Origin: Chloroflexota bacterium
GTDB lineage: Bacteria > Chloroflexota > Dehalococcoidia > UBA2979
Direction of reading: 5' to 3'
Assembly: GCA_003228125.1 (NCBI GenBank)
Contig: QGNP01000002.1
Span: 64,880 to 128,879, forward strand
DNA length: 64,000 nt
Shown here: one piece after another, positions 39,746 to 48,779 of the stretch
Layout of the letters: every line of letters begins with the position of its first letter
Numbering within the stretch: the stretch's first letter is position 1
Notes under the pieces: generated by a model
Told to the model about the DNA's origin: nothing
The model's input: only the letters and a program-made list of their open reading frames with translations
The model's database searches: none
Position numbers and translations under genes: made by a program

Positions 39746-42592
39746 TTACACAATCGTTTCAACTGGAGGACAGCTACAAAAAAGATTTTTATCACCAAAA
39801 ACGTTATCAATTCTTGCAACTGGACACCAGTATTTATTATTTCTAATTGAAGCAAGTGGATAAGCAGCTTCCTCTCGTGTATAACAATGTTTCCAATCTG
39901 TTGTAAGTAACATTTCAGACGTATGCGGGGCATTAATAATCGGATTATCCTCGACAGACCATTCTTTTTTAGTAATTTTCTTTATTTCTTCAGCAATTTG
40001 AATCATTGGATTGCAAAATCTATCTATTTCATACTTTGATTCTGATTCTGTTGGTTCGACCATAAATGTATTTGGAACAGGCCAAGACATTGTTGGTGCA
40101 TGAAAACCATAATCAATTAAACGCTTTGCTATATCTTCTGCAGTAATGCCTGCAGGTTCTTTAAAAATTCTTAAATCTATAATGCATTCATGTGCAACAA
40201 GTTGATTAATGCCTTTAAATAAAATTTTATAATGACTTTCTACTTTTTTAGCTATGTAATTTGCATTTAAAATGGCAATTTTAGTAGCTAGTTTTAATTT
40301 ATTAAGCCCCATTAATTTCATGTAAACCCAAGAAATAACTAATATACTTGCAGAGCCCCATGGAGCTGCAGAAACAGGACCAATGCCAGTATCTGGACCA
40401 GCAAATTCATTAAGCGGATGATTGGGCAATAAATGTGCTAATTTTTTTACAGTTCCAATAGGACCAACGCCAGGACCACCGCCGCCATGAGGAATAGCAA
40501 ATGTTTTATGAAGATTAAAATGTGCCACATCTGCGCCAATTAACCCAGGCTTACATATGCCAACTAAAGCATTTAAATTTGCTCCATCCATATATACTAG
40601 TCCTCCTTGATCATGAATAATTGTACATATTTCTTTAATAGTGCTTTCAAAAACACCATGCGTCGAAGGATACGTAATCATTAAGCAAGCTAAGTTATTC
40701 TGATGAAGTAGAGCTTTTTCTTTCAGATCTTCAATATCAACATTGCCATCAGAGTCACATTTAATAATAACAACGTCTAGTCCTGCCATTTTAGCGCTTG
40801 CAGGATTTGTGCCATGTGCTGAAGATGGTATCAAGCAAATATTTCTATTCAATGATCCTTGTTCTTGGTGCCATTTTTTTATTACTAACAAGCCTGCATA
40901 TTCACCTTGCGAACCCGCATTAGGTTGGAAAGATATACTATTAAAACCAGTTAATTCAGTTAACATACTACTTAACTCATCAATAATCTGCATATAGCCC
41001 TCTGTCTGATAATTTGGAGAAAAGGGATGTATTTCAGAAAACTCAGGCCAAGAAATTGGTACCATCTCAGCAGCTGAATTCAATTTCATAGTACATGAAC
41101 CAAGAGGTATCATTGATTGATCAAGTGCAATATCCTTAGATTTTAATCTATTGAGATATCTCATCATTTCTGTTTCAGAATGATATTTATGAAAAGTAGG
41201 ATGTTGTAAAAAATCTGTCTTTCGTATTAAGGATTTATCAATAGAAATTTCTCCATCAAGTAAATCTATTTCCGTATAATGTTGATCAATTCCTGTAAAT
41301 ATTTTAACTAACTTATTTAAATCGCTAAGATTTGTTGTTTCATCTAAAGCAACGCCTACCATTTCATTATTTATCTTTCTTAAATTAATTTTAAGCTTTT
41401 CAGCATCACTTATAATTTTCTCTGTTTTGTCTTTAGTCATTATTGTCAATGTGTCAAAAAACATTTCTTGAATAATCTGGAAATTTGAATTAATTAATGC
41501 TTGGGATAATATATTTGTCATTATATGTATTTTTTTTGCTATTTTTTTTAAACCTTCGGGGCCATGATACACTGCATAAAAACCAGCAATGACTGCCAAT
41601 AAAACTTGTGCAGTGCATATATTACTAGTAGCTTTTTCTCTTCTAATATGTTGTTCCCTAGTTTGTAATGCTAAGCGCAGAGCTGGTTTATTTAATTTAT
41701 CTACAGAAAGTCCGACCAATCTACCAGGTAGCAATCTTTTAAACTCTTGTTTAGTAGCTATAAATGCAGCATGCGGACCACCAAATCCTAATGGGACACC
41801 AAATCGCTGTGCACTACCAAAAGATATATCAGCACCCATTTCGGCAGGAGTTTTAATCAAGGTTAAACTTAATAAATCAGTACCTATAGCAACTAAAGAA
41901 TGAGAATCATGAATTTTTTTTATAAAATCAGAATAATCATAAAGTGCTCCATAAGTATCTGGATTTTGTAAAATTACTCCAAAAAAATCATTAGTATTAA
42001 ATTGTTTTATATCACCTACAATAATATTAATTCCTAATGAATCTCCTCTTAGCTTCACAACTGCGATAACTTGAGGATGACAGTCACGATGTATTAATAA
42101 TGAATTTCTATTTTTTGGATCAGATCGATACATTATTTGCATTGATTCTGCTGCAGCGGTTGCTTCATCTAACAATGATGCATTGGCAATATCTAAGCCA
42201 GTTAAATCAATAATTAAATGTTGAAAGTTAAGAAGTGCTTCAAGTCTTCCTTGAGATATTTCAGGTTGATATGGAGTATAAGCTGTATACCAACCTGGGT
42301 CTTCTAAAACATTTCTTTTGATTACTGATGGGAGAACTGAATTACTATATCCCATCCCAATAAAGTTTTTAAATACTAAGTTCTTACTAGCAATTTTTTT
42401 TAATTCTTCATGAACGCTCTGTTCAGAATAAAAAATATCTTCATACTCATTATGACTGAATATATCACGTGGCAAAGCATCAGAAATTAAATGATCCAAA
42501 TCATTATAGCCAAGAAAATCTAGCATCGACTCTATTTCTTTTTCTGAAGGACCAATATGCCTAGTTGAAAAATGTTCTTCAAAATAATTCAA
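39746..42592 (-). CDS. gcvP: Glycine dehydrogenase (decarboxylating), single-chain P protein
   Basis: 948 aa, both GcvP halves present, PLP-Lys region NLHKTF. Confidence 0.95.
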   Translation of the reverse strand: MNYFEEHFSTRHIGPSEKEIESMLDFLGYNDLDHLISDALPRDIFSHNEYEDIFYSEQSVHEELKKIASKNLVFKNFIGMGYSNSVLPSVIKRNVLEDPGWYTAYTPYQPEISQGRLEALLNFQHLIIDLTGLDIANASLLDEATAAAESMQIMYRSDPKNRNSLLIHRDCHPQVIAVVKLRGDSLGINIIVGDIKQFNTNDFFGVILQNPDTYGALYDYSDFIKKIHDSHSLVAIGTDLLSLTLIKTPAEMGADISFGSAQRFGVPLGFGGPHAAFIATKQEFKRLLPGRLVGLSVDKLNKPALRLALQTREQHIRREKATSNICTAQVLLAVIAGFYAVYHGPEGLKKIAKKIHIMTNILSQALINSNFQIIQEMFFDTLTIMTKDKTEKIISDAEKLKINLRKINNEMVGVALDETTNLSDLNKLVKIFTGIDQHYTEIDLLDGEISIDKSLIRKTDFLQHPTFHKYHSETEMMRYLNRLKSKDIALDQSMIPLGSCTMKLNSAAEMVPISWPEFSEIHPFSPNYQTEGYMQIIDELSSMLTELTGFNSISFQPNAGSQGEYAGLLVIKKWHQEQGSLNRNICLIPSSAHGTNPASAKMAGLDVVIIKCDSDGNVDIEDLKEKALLHQNNLACLMITYPSTHGVFESTIKEICTIIHDQGGLVYMDGANLNALVGICKPGLIGADVAHFNLHKTFAIPHGGGGPGVGPIGTVKKLAHLLPNHPLNEFAGPDTGIGPVSAAPWGSASILVISWVYMKLMGLNKLKLATKIAILNANYIAKKVESHYKILFKGINQLVAHECIIDLRIFKEPAGITAEDIAKRLIDYGFHAPTMSWPVPNTFMVEPTESESKYEIDRFCNPMIQIAEEIKKITKKEWSVEDNPIINAPHTSEMLLTTDWKHCYTREEAAYPLASIRNNKYWCPVARIDNVFGDKNLFCSCPPVETIV

Positions 42593-42610
42593 AATACCCT
42601 CACAGAATCT

Positions 42611-42985
42611 CTAATTGTCGTTTTTAATAAAATCTTCATACTCATTTTCATTCAATAATGAATCAAGATCATTGACTGAATCTAACTGAATTTTAAACAT
42701 CCAACCTGTATTTATGGGATCGTCATTAATTAACTGAGGATTATCAATAAGAGATTCATTAACTTCTACTATTTCACCTGCAGCTGGAGCATATATTTCA
42801 CTTGCAGCTTTTACAGATTCAATAACTGCTACTTCATCGCCATTTTTTTTTCTTAAACCAATATCTGGTAATTCGACAAAGACTATCTCACCTAACTCAG
42901 CTTGTGCAAAACTGGTAATACCGACAATCCCAATATTATCAATCAACTTAATCCATTCGTGTTCTTTAGTAAATTTAATTATCAT
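42611..42985 (-). CDS. gcvH: Glycine cleavage system H protein
   Basis: Lipoyl-lysine motif VESVKAASEIYAP. Confidence 0.95.
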   Translation of the reverse strand: MIIKFTKEHEWIKLIDNIGIVGITSFAQAELGEIVFVELPDIGLRKKNGDEVAVIESVKAASEIYAPAAGEIVEVNESLIDNPQLINDDPINTGWMFKIQLDSVNDLDSLLNENEYEDFIKNDN

Positions 42986-44142
42986 TAGCTTACTTTCCTT
43001 TTAGAATTAATATATTTATGACTTACAAATGGGAATGTTGTGATTAACCCAGATCTTATTTTCCCACGAATATTAAAAAAAACATTGCGGTTTACAATCG
43101 ATTCTTTTTTATCAATAAATGCCATTGCAATAGACTTTTTAAGTATTGGGCTATAGCATCCACTACTAACAATTCCAATTTGATTTTCTTGTTCATCATA
43201 CACTAAAGCATCTTTTCTAATAATAAAATTTTCGTTACATATAATAGCAGTTCTAATTTTTTCTATTCCATCCTTTAATTGTTTTTTAATCATAAGATTT
43301 CCAGGAAAATCATTGTGCTCGATTTTTTTATTAATAACCCAAGAGATCCTTGCCTCCAATGGAGTAGTAAATTCAGAAAGCTCATTGCCATACAAACAAA
43401 GGCCTGCTTCAATTCTTAATGAGTCTCTAGCACCTAATCCAGCCAATTGAACATCATTGAAATCTAACAACTGACGGACAAATAAATCAACGTCTTCGTC
43501 AAGAATGTCTATTTCAAAACCATCTTCTCCCGTATACCCACTTCTTGAAATAAAAGTAGGCTTTTTATTTATATCAAAATTAGATCCACTCATAAAATCT
43601 AGGCTTTCATGTCCAGAAATAAAATTGGATAAGATATCTTGGCTTAATGGGCCTTGTATAGCTATTAAAGAATGATCTGATAACATGTTTATATTTTTAT
43701 TGCCTAATTTATTTTGTAAATATTTCAAAACAGTAAGTTTATTTGAAGCATTCACTACTAACTTTAAATAATCCTTAAATTTAGTAATAATCAAATCATC
43801 AATAATACCACCAGATTCATTTGTTAAAATTGTGTATAGAGAATTATGAATAGCGAGGTTGTCTAGATCAGACGGAATCAGTTTTTTAAAATTATCTATC
43901 GCATGAATACCAAAAATATTTATTTGACCCATATGCGAAACATCAAATATGGAACATGACTTTCTTGTATGAATATGTTCATGTAGTATTCCATGCGTAT
44001 AATGAAGTGGCATTTTATAGTTATAAAATTTAACAAACTTAGCATCATTGCTGTCATGTATTGAAAATAATGCAGTTGTGTTAATTTCATTATTGAGTGG
44101 CATATAGTGGTTATACTTAATCGAATAAGATTGATCAATCAA
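42985..44142 (-). CDS. gcvT: Aminomethyltransferase (glycine cleavage T protein)
   Basis: FDVSHMGQ and SRSGYTGEDGFEI motifs. The start may be the internal Met at 44103. Confidence 0.9.
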   Translation of the reverse strand: MIDQSYSIKYNHYMPLNNEINTTALFSIHDSNDAKFVKFYNYKMPLHYTHGILHEHIHTRKSCSIFDVSHMGQINIFGIHAIDNFKKLIPSDLDNLAIHNSLYTILTNESGGIIDDLIITKFKDYLKLVVNASNKLTVLKYLQNKLGNKNINMLSDHSLIAIQGPLSQDILSNFISGHESLDFMSGSNFDINKKPTFISRSGYTGEDGFEIDILDEDVDLFVRQLLDFNDVQLAGLGARDSLRIEAGLCLYGNELSEFTTPLEARISWVINKKIEHNDFPGNLMIKKQLKDGIEKIRTAIICNENFIIRKDALVYDEQENQIGIVSSGCYSPILKKSIAMAFIDKKESIVNRNVFFNIRGKIRSGLITTFPFVSHKYINSKRKVS

Positions 44143-44192
44143 ATTAAAAAAAAATTATAAAAAATTAAACAGAAGCTAAAATTAAATTATTT

Positions 44193-44480
44193 TTATATTT
44201 CAATTGTGCCGCCTGCAACTGCTGGTACAATTGAAATTTCATCATTATCTTTAATGCTGCTTTGTAAATCATCAAGAAATCTTATGTCTTCTCCATTAAT
44301 ATAAATATTAACAAACCGACGCAGTGAGCCATCTTCTTCGCACACTCTTTCTTTAATTCCTGGAAATTGTTTCTCTAATTCATTAATAGCTGATTCAACA
44401 TTAGTGGCTGAAATAGAAACGAGCCCTTGATCTTGAGTCAAACTACGTAATGGAGTTGGGATTTTAACTTTAATAGTCAT
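44193..44480 (-). CDS. CysO/MoaD-family sulfur-carrier protein with a 4-residue tail after the Gly-Gly
   Basis: Collinear with M. tuberculosis CysO as I remember it (IPT.LR...RFVNIY.N.EDIRF...PAVAGG), but ends AVAGG-TIEI. Confidence 0.75.
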   Translation of the reverse strand: MTIKVKIPTPLRSLTQDQGLVSISATNVESAINELEKQFPGIKERVCEEDGSLRRFVNIYINGEDIRFLDDLQSSIKDNDEISIVPAVAGGTIEI

Positions 44481-44494
44481 TATATCATCCTTAA

Positions 44495-44737
44495 TTAACC
44501 TGCTATTACATCACCTTCAAGTGGATCAATTCTAACGCCTTTACTGCTTACCCACTCTAACGATTTAATAATTTCTGCTTCATTACCTATTAACTCCAAG
44601 ATAACCCATCCTATTTTTTCATCTACATCGGCCATCCTAATATTAGTAACCACTTTAAATTCATGTCCAAGTTGATAGACTAATGGTTCTGTAACAGATG
44701 CTGTTGAAAAAGTAAATCTTACTTTTTTGCTAGACAT
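44495..44737 (-). CDS. Stand-alone NIL-domain protein
   Basis: 80 aa. The pattern VRFTFSTASVTEPLVYQLGHEFKVVTNIRMADVDEKIGWVILELIG matches the NIL domain of MetN-type proteins. Confidence 0.65.
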   Translation of the reverse strand: MSSKKVRFTFSTASVTEPLVYQLGHEFKVVTNIRMADVDEKIGWVILELIGNEAEIIKSLEWVSSKGVRIDPLEGDVIAG

Positions 44738-44761
44738 AATTTTTTATTCCTTTAAAATATA

Positions 44762-45991
44762 TTACTTTAATTTATTAAATTGATCCATAAATTCTTCTGT
44801 TTTTGGAGAAATCATAATAGCTGGTTTCATATTATCTACAACAGCTTCAACAGTTTTTAAACCAGCTCCAGTTATAAATAATACTGTCTCTTCGTCTGTC
44901 GAAATTACACCTGATTCAACTAATTTTTTTAAACATGCCACTGAAACTCCACCAGCTGTTTCAGCAAAAATTCCTTCTGTTTCGGCAAGCAATTTAATTC
45001 CTTGGACTATTTCTGCATCAGAAGCCATCTCTGCTGAACCATCAGTTTCTTCCATAACTTTTAATGCATAATAGCCATCAGCTGGATTGCCAATGGCTAA
45101 AGAACGAGCAATTGTATTTGGTTTTTGTGGAACAAAATTTTTAGTACCTTCCTGAAAAGCTTTAGAAATTGGAGAGCATCCTGTTGCTTGAGCACCGCTC
45201 ATTCTAGTGTCTAAATTATTAATTAAACCTATGTGCTGCAACTCTTTAAAACCTTTCCATATTTTAGTAAATAATGATCCGGAAGCCATAGGCACTACGC
45301 AATGATCTGGTGCTCTCCATCCTAACTGTTCAGCAACTTCAAATGCTAAAGTTCTAGAACCTTCTGCATAATATGGCCTCATATTAATGTTAACAAAAGC
45401 CCAGTTATTTGAGGCAGCTAGCTCTGTACACAATCTATTAACATCGTCATAATTACCATCGACCATTGTTAAAATGGGGTTATATACCAAGCTACCTATT
45501 ACTTTACCTGACTCTAGATCGTCGGGCATAAAAACTAATGCACGCATACCAGCTTTTGCTGCATGTGCAGATACAGAATTAGCCAAATTGCCTGTAGAAG
45601 CACATGCTAAATCTTGATAACCAAACTGACGTGCTCTTGCAATAGCTATACTGACAACTCTATCTTTAAAAGACCATGTGGGATTTACCGTATCATTTTT
45701 TATCCATAAATTTTTTAATCCTAAATGCTTAGCTAGAGATTGCGATTTAATTAAAGGAGTAAAACCTGCGCCTATATCAACCTTAAAGCTCGTATCACAT
45801 GGGAGCAAGTCTTCATATCGCCATAAAGAACTCGGACCATTAGCAATTGATTCTTTTGAAATTTTTGCTTTAATTTGATCGTAATCATAATCAACTTCCA
45901 AGGGACCGAAGCAAAATTCACAAGAGTAAATAGCTAATAATTCAAATTTCCTACCGCATTCGCGACATTTTAAAGCAATTTCATATGACAT
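44762..45991 (-). CDS. Threonine-synthase-like PLP enzyme with N-terminal zinc ribbon (candidate O-phosphohomoserine-dependent homocysteine synthase, MetM-like)
   Basis: CRECG...CEFC ribbon. PLP-Lys block NPTWSFKDR. ThrC fold throughout. Controlled by a SAM riboswitch and followed by a sulfur carrier. Confidence 0.7.
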   Translation of the reverse strand: MSYEIALKCRECGRKFELLAIYSCEFCFGPLEVDYDYDQIKAKISKESIANGPSSLWRYEDLLPCDTSFKVDIGAGFTPLIKSQSLAKHLGLKNLWIKNDTVNPTWSFKDRVVSIAIARARQFGYQDLACASTGNLANSVSAHAAKAGMRALVFMPDDLESGKVIGSLVYNPILTMVDGNYDDVNRLCTELAASNNWAFVNINMRPYYAEGSRTLAFEVAEQLGWRAPDHCVVPMASGSLFTKIWKGFKELQHIGLINNLDTRMSGAQATGCSPISKAFQEGTKNFVPQKPNTIARSLAIGNPADGYYALKVMEETDGSAEMASDAEIVQGIKLLAETEGIFAETAGGVSVACLKKLVESGVISTDEETVLFITGAGLKTVEAVVDNMKPAIMISPKTEEFMDQFNKLK

Positions 45992-46047
45992 AACTTACCA
46001 ATCAAAATCAACGATGAATAAGGAAATATAAGATAAGTTAAAAATTT

Positions 46048-46156
46048 CTTTCATCGTCCCGTACAATATTCGGTCGGCTGTAGCACTATTTTTTAAATAA
46101 ATCACAGGTGCCGTGGTTTCTCAGGTCCGATTCCATCCACCACTCTAGATGATGTA
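46048..46156 (-). promoter_or_regulatory. SAM-I (S-box) riboswitch
   Basis: Minus strand: CATCATCTAGAGTGGTGGATGGAATCGGACCTGAGAAACCACGGCACC...GTGCTACAGCCGACCG...CGGGACGATGAAAG. P1 is TCATC/GATGA. Conserved AGAG, GGTGGA, GAAACC, GGCA(A)CC and GTGCTA blocks. Confidence 0.8.
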
Positions 46157-46236
46157 CTTTTTATTAATTAATAATATAAAGTACATTAATGAGATTACAT
46201 TGCTGTCGAAGATTTGGTCAAGAGAATTAGAACAAA

Positions 46237-46959
46237 TTATTCTAAAATTGGAGGCACCCCTAGTTTTGCAGAAAAAATACCATTGCTATAAATAAAGCCA
46301 ATAATCTCAGCATTCAAAGGAATTTGAAAAGAAATCCATCCACTCAATAATAAGTCAGGTTTTAATAAAGTTGGAATTAAAGGATCATTTGTTCCTGAGA
46401 ACACTTTGTCTGCAGTAATACTTTCTGATTTTTTTTTATCAATGTATAAACTAATGGTAAAATCAGTAGGTCTAATTGAAAGTGGTTGAGAAATTGCCAT
46501 AGCTTCAATTTTAACAGCTACAAATCTATTGCTTGTATTATATTGAACAGATTTCTGAATATTAATAAATGGATCAATTAATATTTTAAGTGCAATTTGA
46601 CCAAATGATTTATTTTTTATATCATCATCAGAGTTTAATTCAGATAATTGAAATTTTAATTTATTCTGAATATCTTCTAGTTCTAAATAATTTTGCTCTA
46701 GGATTGTCAAATTATTATTAATTTCAGAAGAATCGACAAGTAGCTTATTTATCTTTAATTGAATTAATCTTTGTGAATCATTCATGTTAATCAATATCAA
46801 GCTAAATAAAAAAATAATGACTATTGTAAATAATGTGATAAAAAAAATAAAAATTTGTTTCCAGTACAATAAAAAATAGTCGGAAACATTATGAATTTTC
46901 AATTTTTTTCTTTCCAATGAATATCTCGGCAAATTTTCTCTGTTGTGGTTCTTTCGCAA
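46237..46959 (-). CDS. Membrane-anchored protein with coiled-coil segment and C-terminal beta domain (DUF4352-like?)
   Basis: One TM (IFFITLFTIVIIFLFSLILI), heptad-like region, beta-rich C-terminus. The 5' end overlaps the upstream MFS gene by 71 nt, so the true start is uncertain. Confidence 0.4.
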   Translation of the reverse strand: MRKNHNRENLPRYSLERKKLKIHNVSDYFLLYWKQIFIFFITLFTIVIIFLFSLILINMNDSQRLIQLKINKLLVDSSEINNNLTILEQNYLELEDIQNKLKFQLSELNSDDDIKNKSFGQIALKILIDPFINIQKSVQYNTSNRFVAVKIEAMAISQPLSIRPTDFTISLYIDKKKSESITADKVFSGTNDPLIPTLLKPDLLLSGWISFQIPLNAEIIGFIYSNGIFSAKLGVPPILE

Positions 46960-48193
46960 TAAAAATTAATACTGAAGCAAATAAAGCAAAGAAGGCAAGG
47001 CAGGTAAAAGTTTCTAGATAAGTACCAACGCTTTCAGCATACCAAGTGGCAATAAGAGGACCACTTCCATGAAAAATTAACTCAAAAGGCATAATGAATC
47101 CCCTAATTGAACCAAGATTTTTTCTTCCAAAATAAATTGGCCATAAAATTTCTTTAACTGGCTGAGTACCAGCTAGACCTATGCCAGTAATAAAATAACC
47201 AATATTGCAATAAAAAAGACTTGAGTTGTCTGCACCATAAACTATAACCAATAAGCCAGCTCCTACAAAGAAAAAAGCAATGCAAGCAAGATATTTTATT
47301 AATATTTTTTCAGCAAAAAGACCCCAAAATGGTCTTGTAAAAACACCAGGGATGGCAAGCACAGCAATAAATTGAGCAGATTGAGTTCTGCTAAATAGAT
47401 AGTCTGTCATAAAAGGGATTGTTAAAGTTGCAATAGTTAAAACTGCAACCCCAACTAAATTATAACTAAACAATATTATCCAAAACGAAGGGAGTTTAAT
47501 AACTTCAGAACGAGTCAAAGATTTTTCATAGTCATATTTTTCAAGTAGATCATTTTTTTTAGTTTCTAAATTATCTACGCCATCAGGTAGAAGTCCATAA
47601 TCTTCTGGACTTTTTCTCATTATAAAAGCACAAGGTAAAATACATAATAATGCCAAAAAAGCTAGAAAATTCCAACCAAATCTCCATCCATATGTATCGA
47701 CAATAAATGTCATTAAATTAGGTATTATTATTCCAGCAAAGGATAAACCAAGAGCTATTAAACCTATGGCTCTACCTCGATATTTGACAAACCATTTTGA
47801 TATAGTCACTGTTACTATCATGCTCCCTGCTAATACAAGTGCGATGCCTTGAAAAATACCTCTAATAATTAACCATTGATATAATTCAGTAACAAGAGCT
47901 GTACAAAGTAAAGATACAAAGATCAGTATGGTCCCAGCAATCATAAATCTTCTGGGACCATACTGATCAACTAATCTACCGACAAATAATCCAGTAAAAG
48001 CCATGGCAAACTGACTAATTGTAAAACCAAGCATAAATTGTGTTCTGGTCCAACCAAATTCATTACTCATTGGATCCATAAATACATTGGCAATATATCC
48101 AACAATTCCTGCGCCCATTATTAGATTCACAAATATACCTGCAAATACTAAATACCAGCCAAAAAAAATTGGTTTATTTTTATATTTAATAAT
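46889..48193 (-). CDS. MFS transporter (oxalate/formate-antiporter-like), probable non-canonical ATT start
   Basis: The track starts at GTG 48130, inside TM1. The frame stays open upstream (KYKNKPIFFGWYLVFAGIF), with GAGGA-N6-ATT at 48204-48191. Confidence 0.7.
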   Translation of the reverse strand: MIKYKNKPIFFGWYLVFAGIFVNLIMGAGIVGYIANVFMDPMSNEFGWTRTQFMLGFTISQFAMAFTGLFVGRLVDQYGPRRFMIAGTILIFVSLLCTALVTELYQWLIIRGIFQGIALVLAGSMIVTVTISKWFVKYRGRAIGLIALGLSFAGIIIPNLMTFIVDTYGWRFGWNFLAFLALLCILPCAFIMRKSPEDYGLLPDGVDNLETKKNDLLEKYDYEKSLTRSEVIKLPSFWIILFSYNLVGVAVLTIATLTIPFMTDYLFSRTQSAQFIAVLAIPGVFTRPFWGLFAEKILIKYLACIAFFFVGAGLLVIVYGADNSSLFYCNIGYFITGIGLAGTQPVKEILWPIYFGRKNLGSIRGFIMPFELIFHGSGPLIATWYAESVGTYLETFTCLAFFALFASVLIFIAKEPQQRKFAEIFIGKKKIENS

Positions 48194-48207
48194 TAATAAT
48201 CCTCACA

Positions 48208-48753
48208 TTAAGCTTTTTCATCAGATCCAACTACGCCATCTCTGTAATTAGCTTTATTTATAACGGGAATGTCGAAATTATTTATTAACAATACTTCTCT
48301 ATAATACTCTGTAAAACCTTCTGCCCTCAGTCTTACAGGATGAAGAAGCATTAAATATCTATCATAGTCTTTTTTTATAGATGAGTGATCTTGATCTCTG
48401 CTCTCAGATCTTTTTATTAAAAATTCATTAATTATTTTTTCATCATAGATAATTTCAACATTGGCATGAATCCAAACATTTCTCACTGCCCAACGAGGTC
48501 CAATTGTTTCTCCACTAGTTTGCACCCAATGCATAGTTGCTTTTGGATTTGATTTTAAATGCTTGATCTTAAGATCTCCCTCTCTGTATCTACCAATTGT
48601 ACCTACTGTCCAACTAGCTTCAAAATTAACATGAGTGCTAACTTGCCGTATAGTAGACCGTCCATATTGATTAACAGTAGACAAAAAACTTACAACTCCA
48701 GGCTCATACCCACCAATAAATTCTTTAATTTGCTTAATAACTATTTCACTCAT
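48208..48753 (-). CDS. Possible PNPOx-like / F420-binding split-barrel protein
   Basis: Weak pattern only (FLSTVNQYGRSTIRQV...KHLKSNPKATMHW). About 180 aa. Confidence 0.3.
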   Translation of the reverse strand: MSEIVIKQIKEFIGGYEPGVVSFLSTVNQYGRSTIRQVSTHVNFEASWTVGTIGRYREGDLKIKHLKSNPKATMHWVQTSGETIGPRWAVRNVWIHANVEIIYDEKIINEFLIKRSESRDQDHSSIKKDYDRYLMLLHPVRLRAEGFTEYYREVLLINNFDIPVINKANYRDGVVGSDEKA

Positions 48754-48779
48754 AACTCACCTTCAAATAATAATTTTAT

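Noticed and set aside
44143-44192. Looked for a glycine riboswitch upstream of gcvT
   Set aside because: The gap is only 50 nt of almost pure A/T, with none of the conserved GGAGAG...CACCGAAGGGGCAA-type elements.
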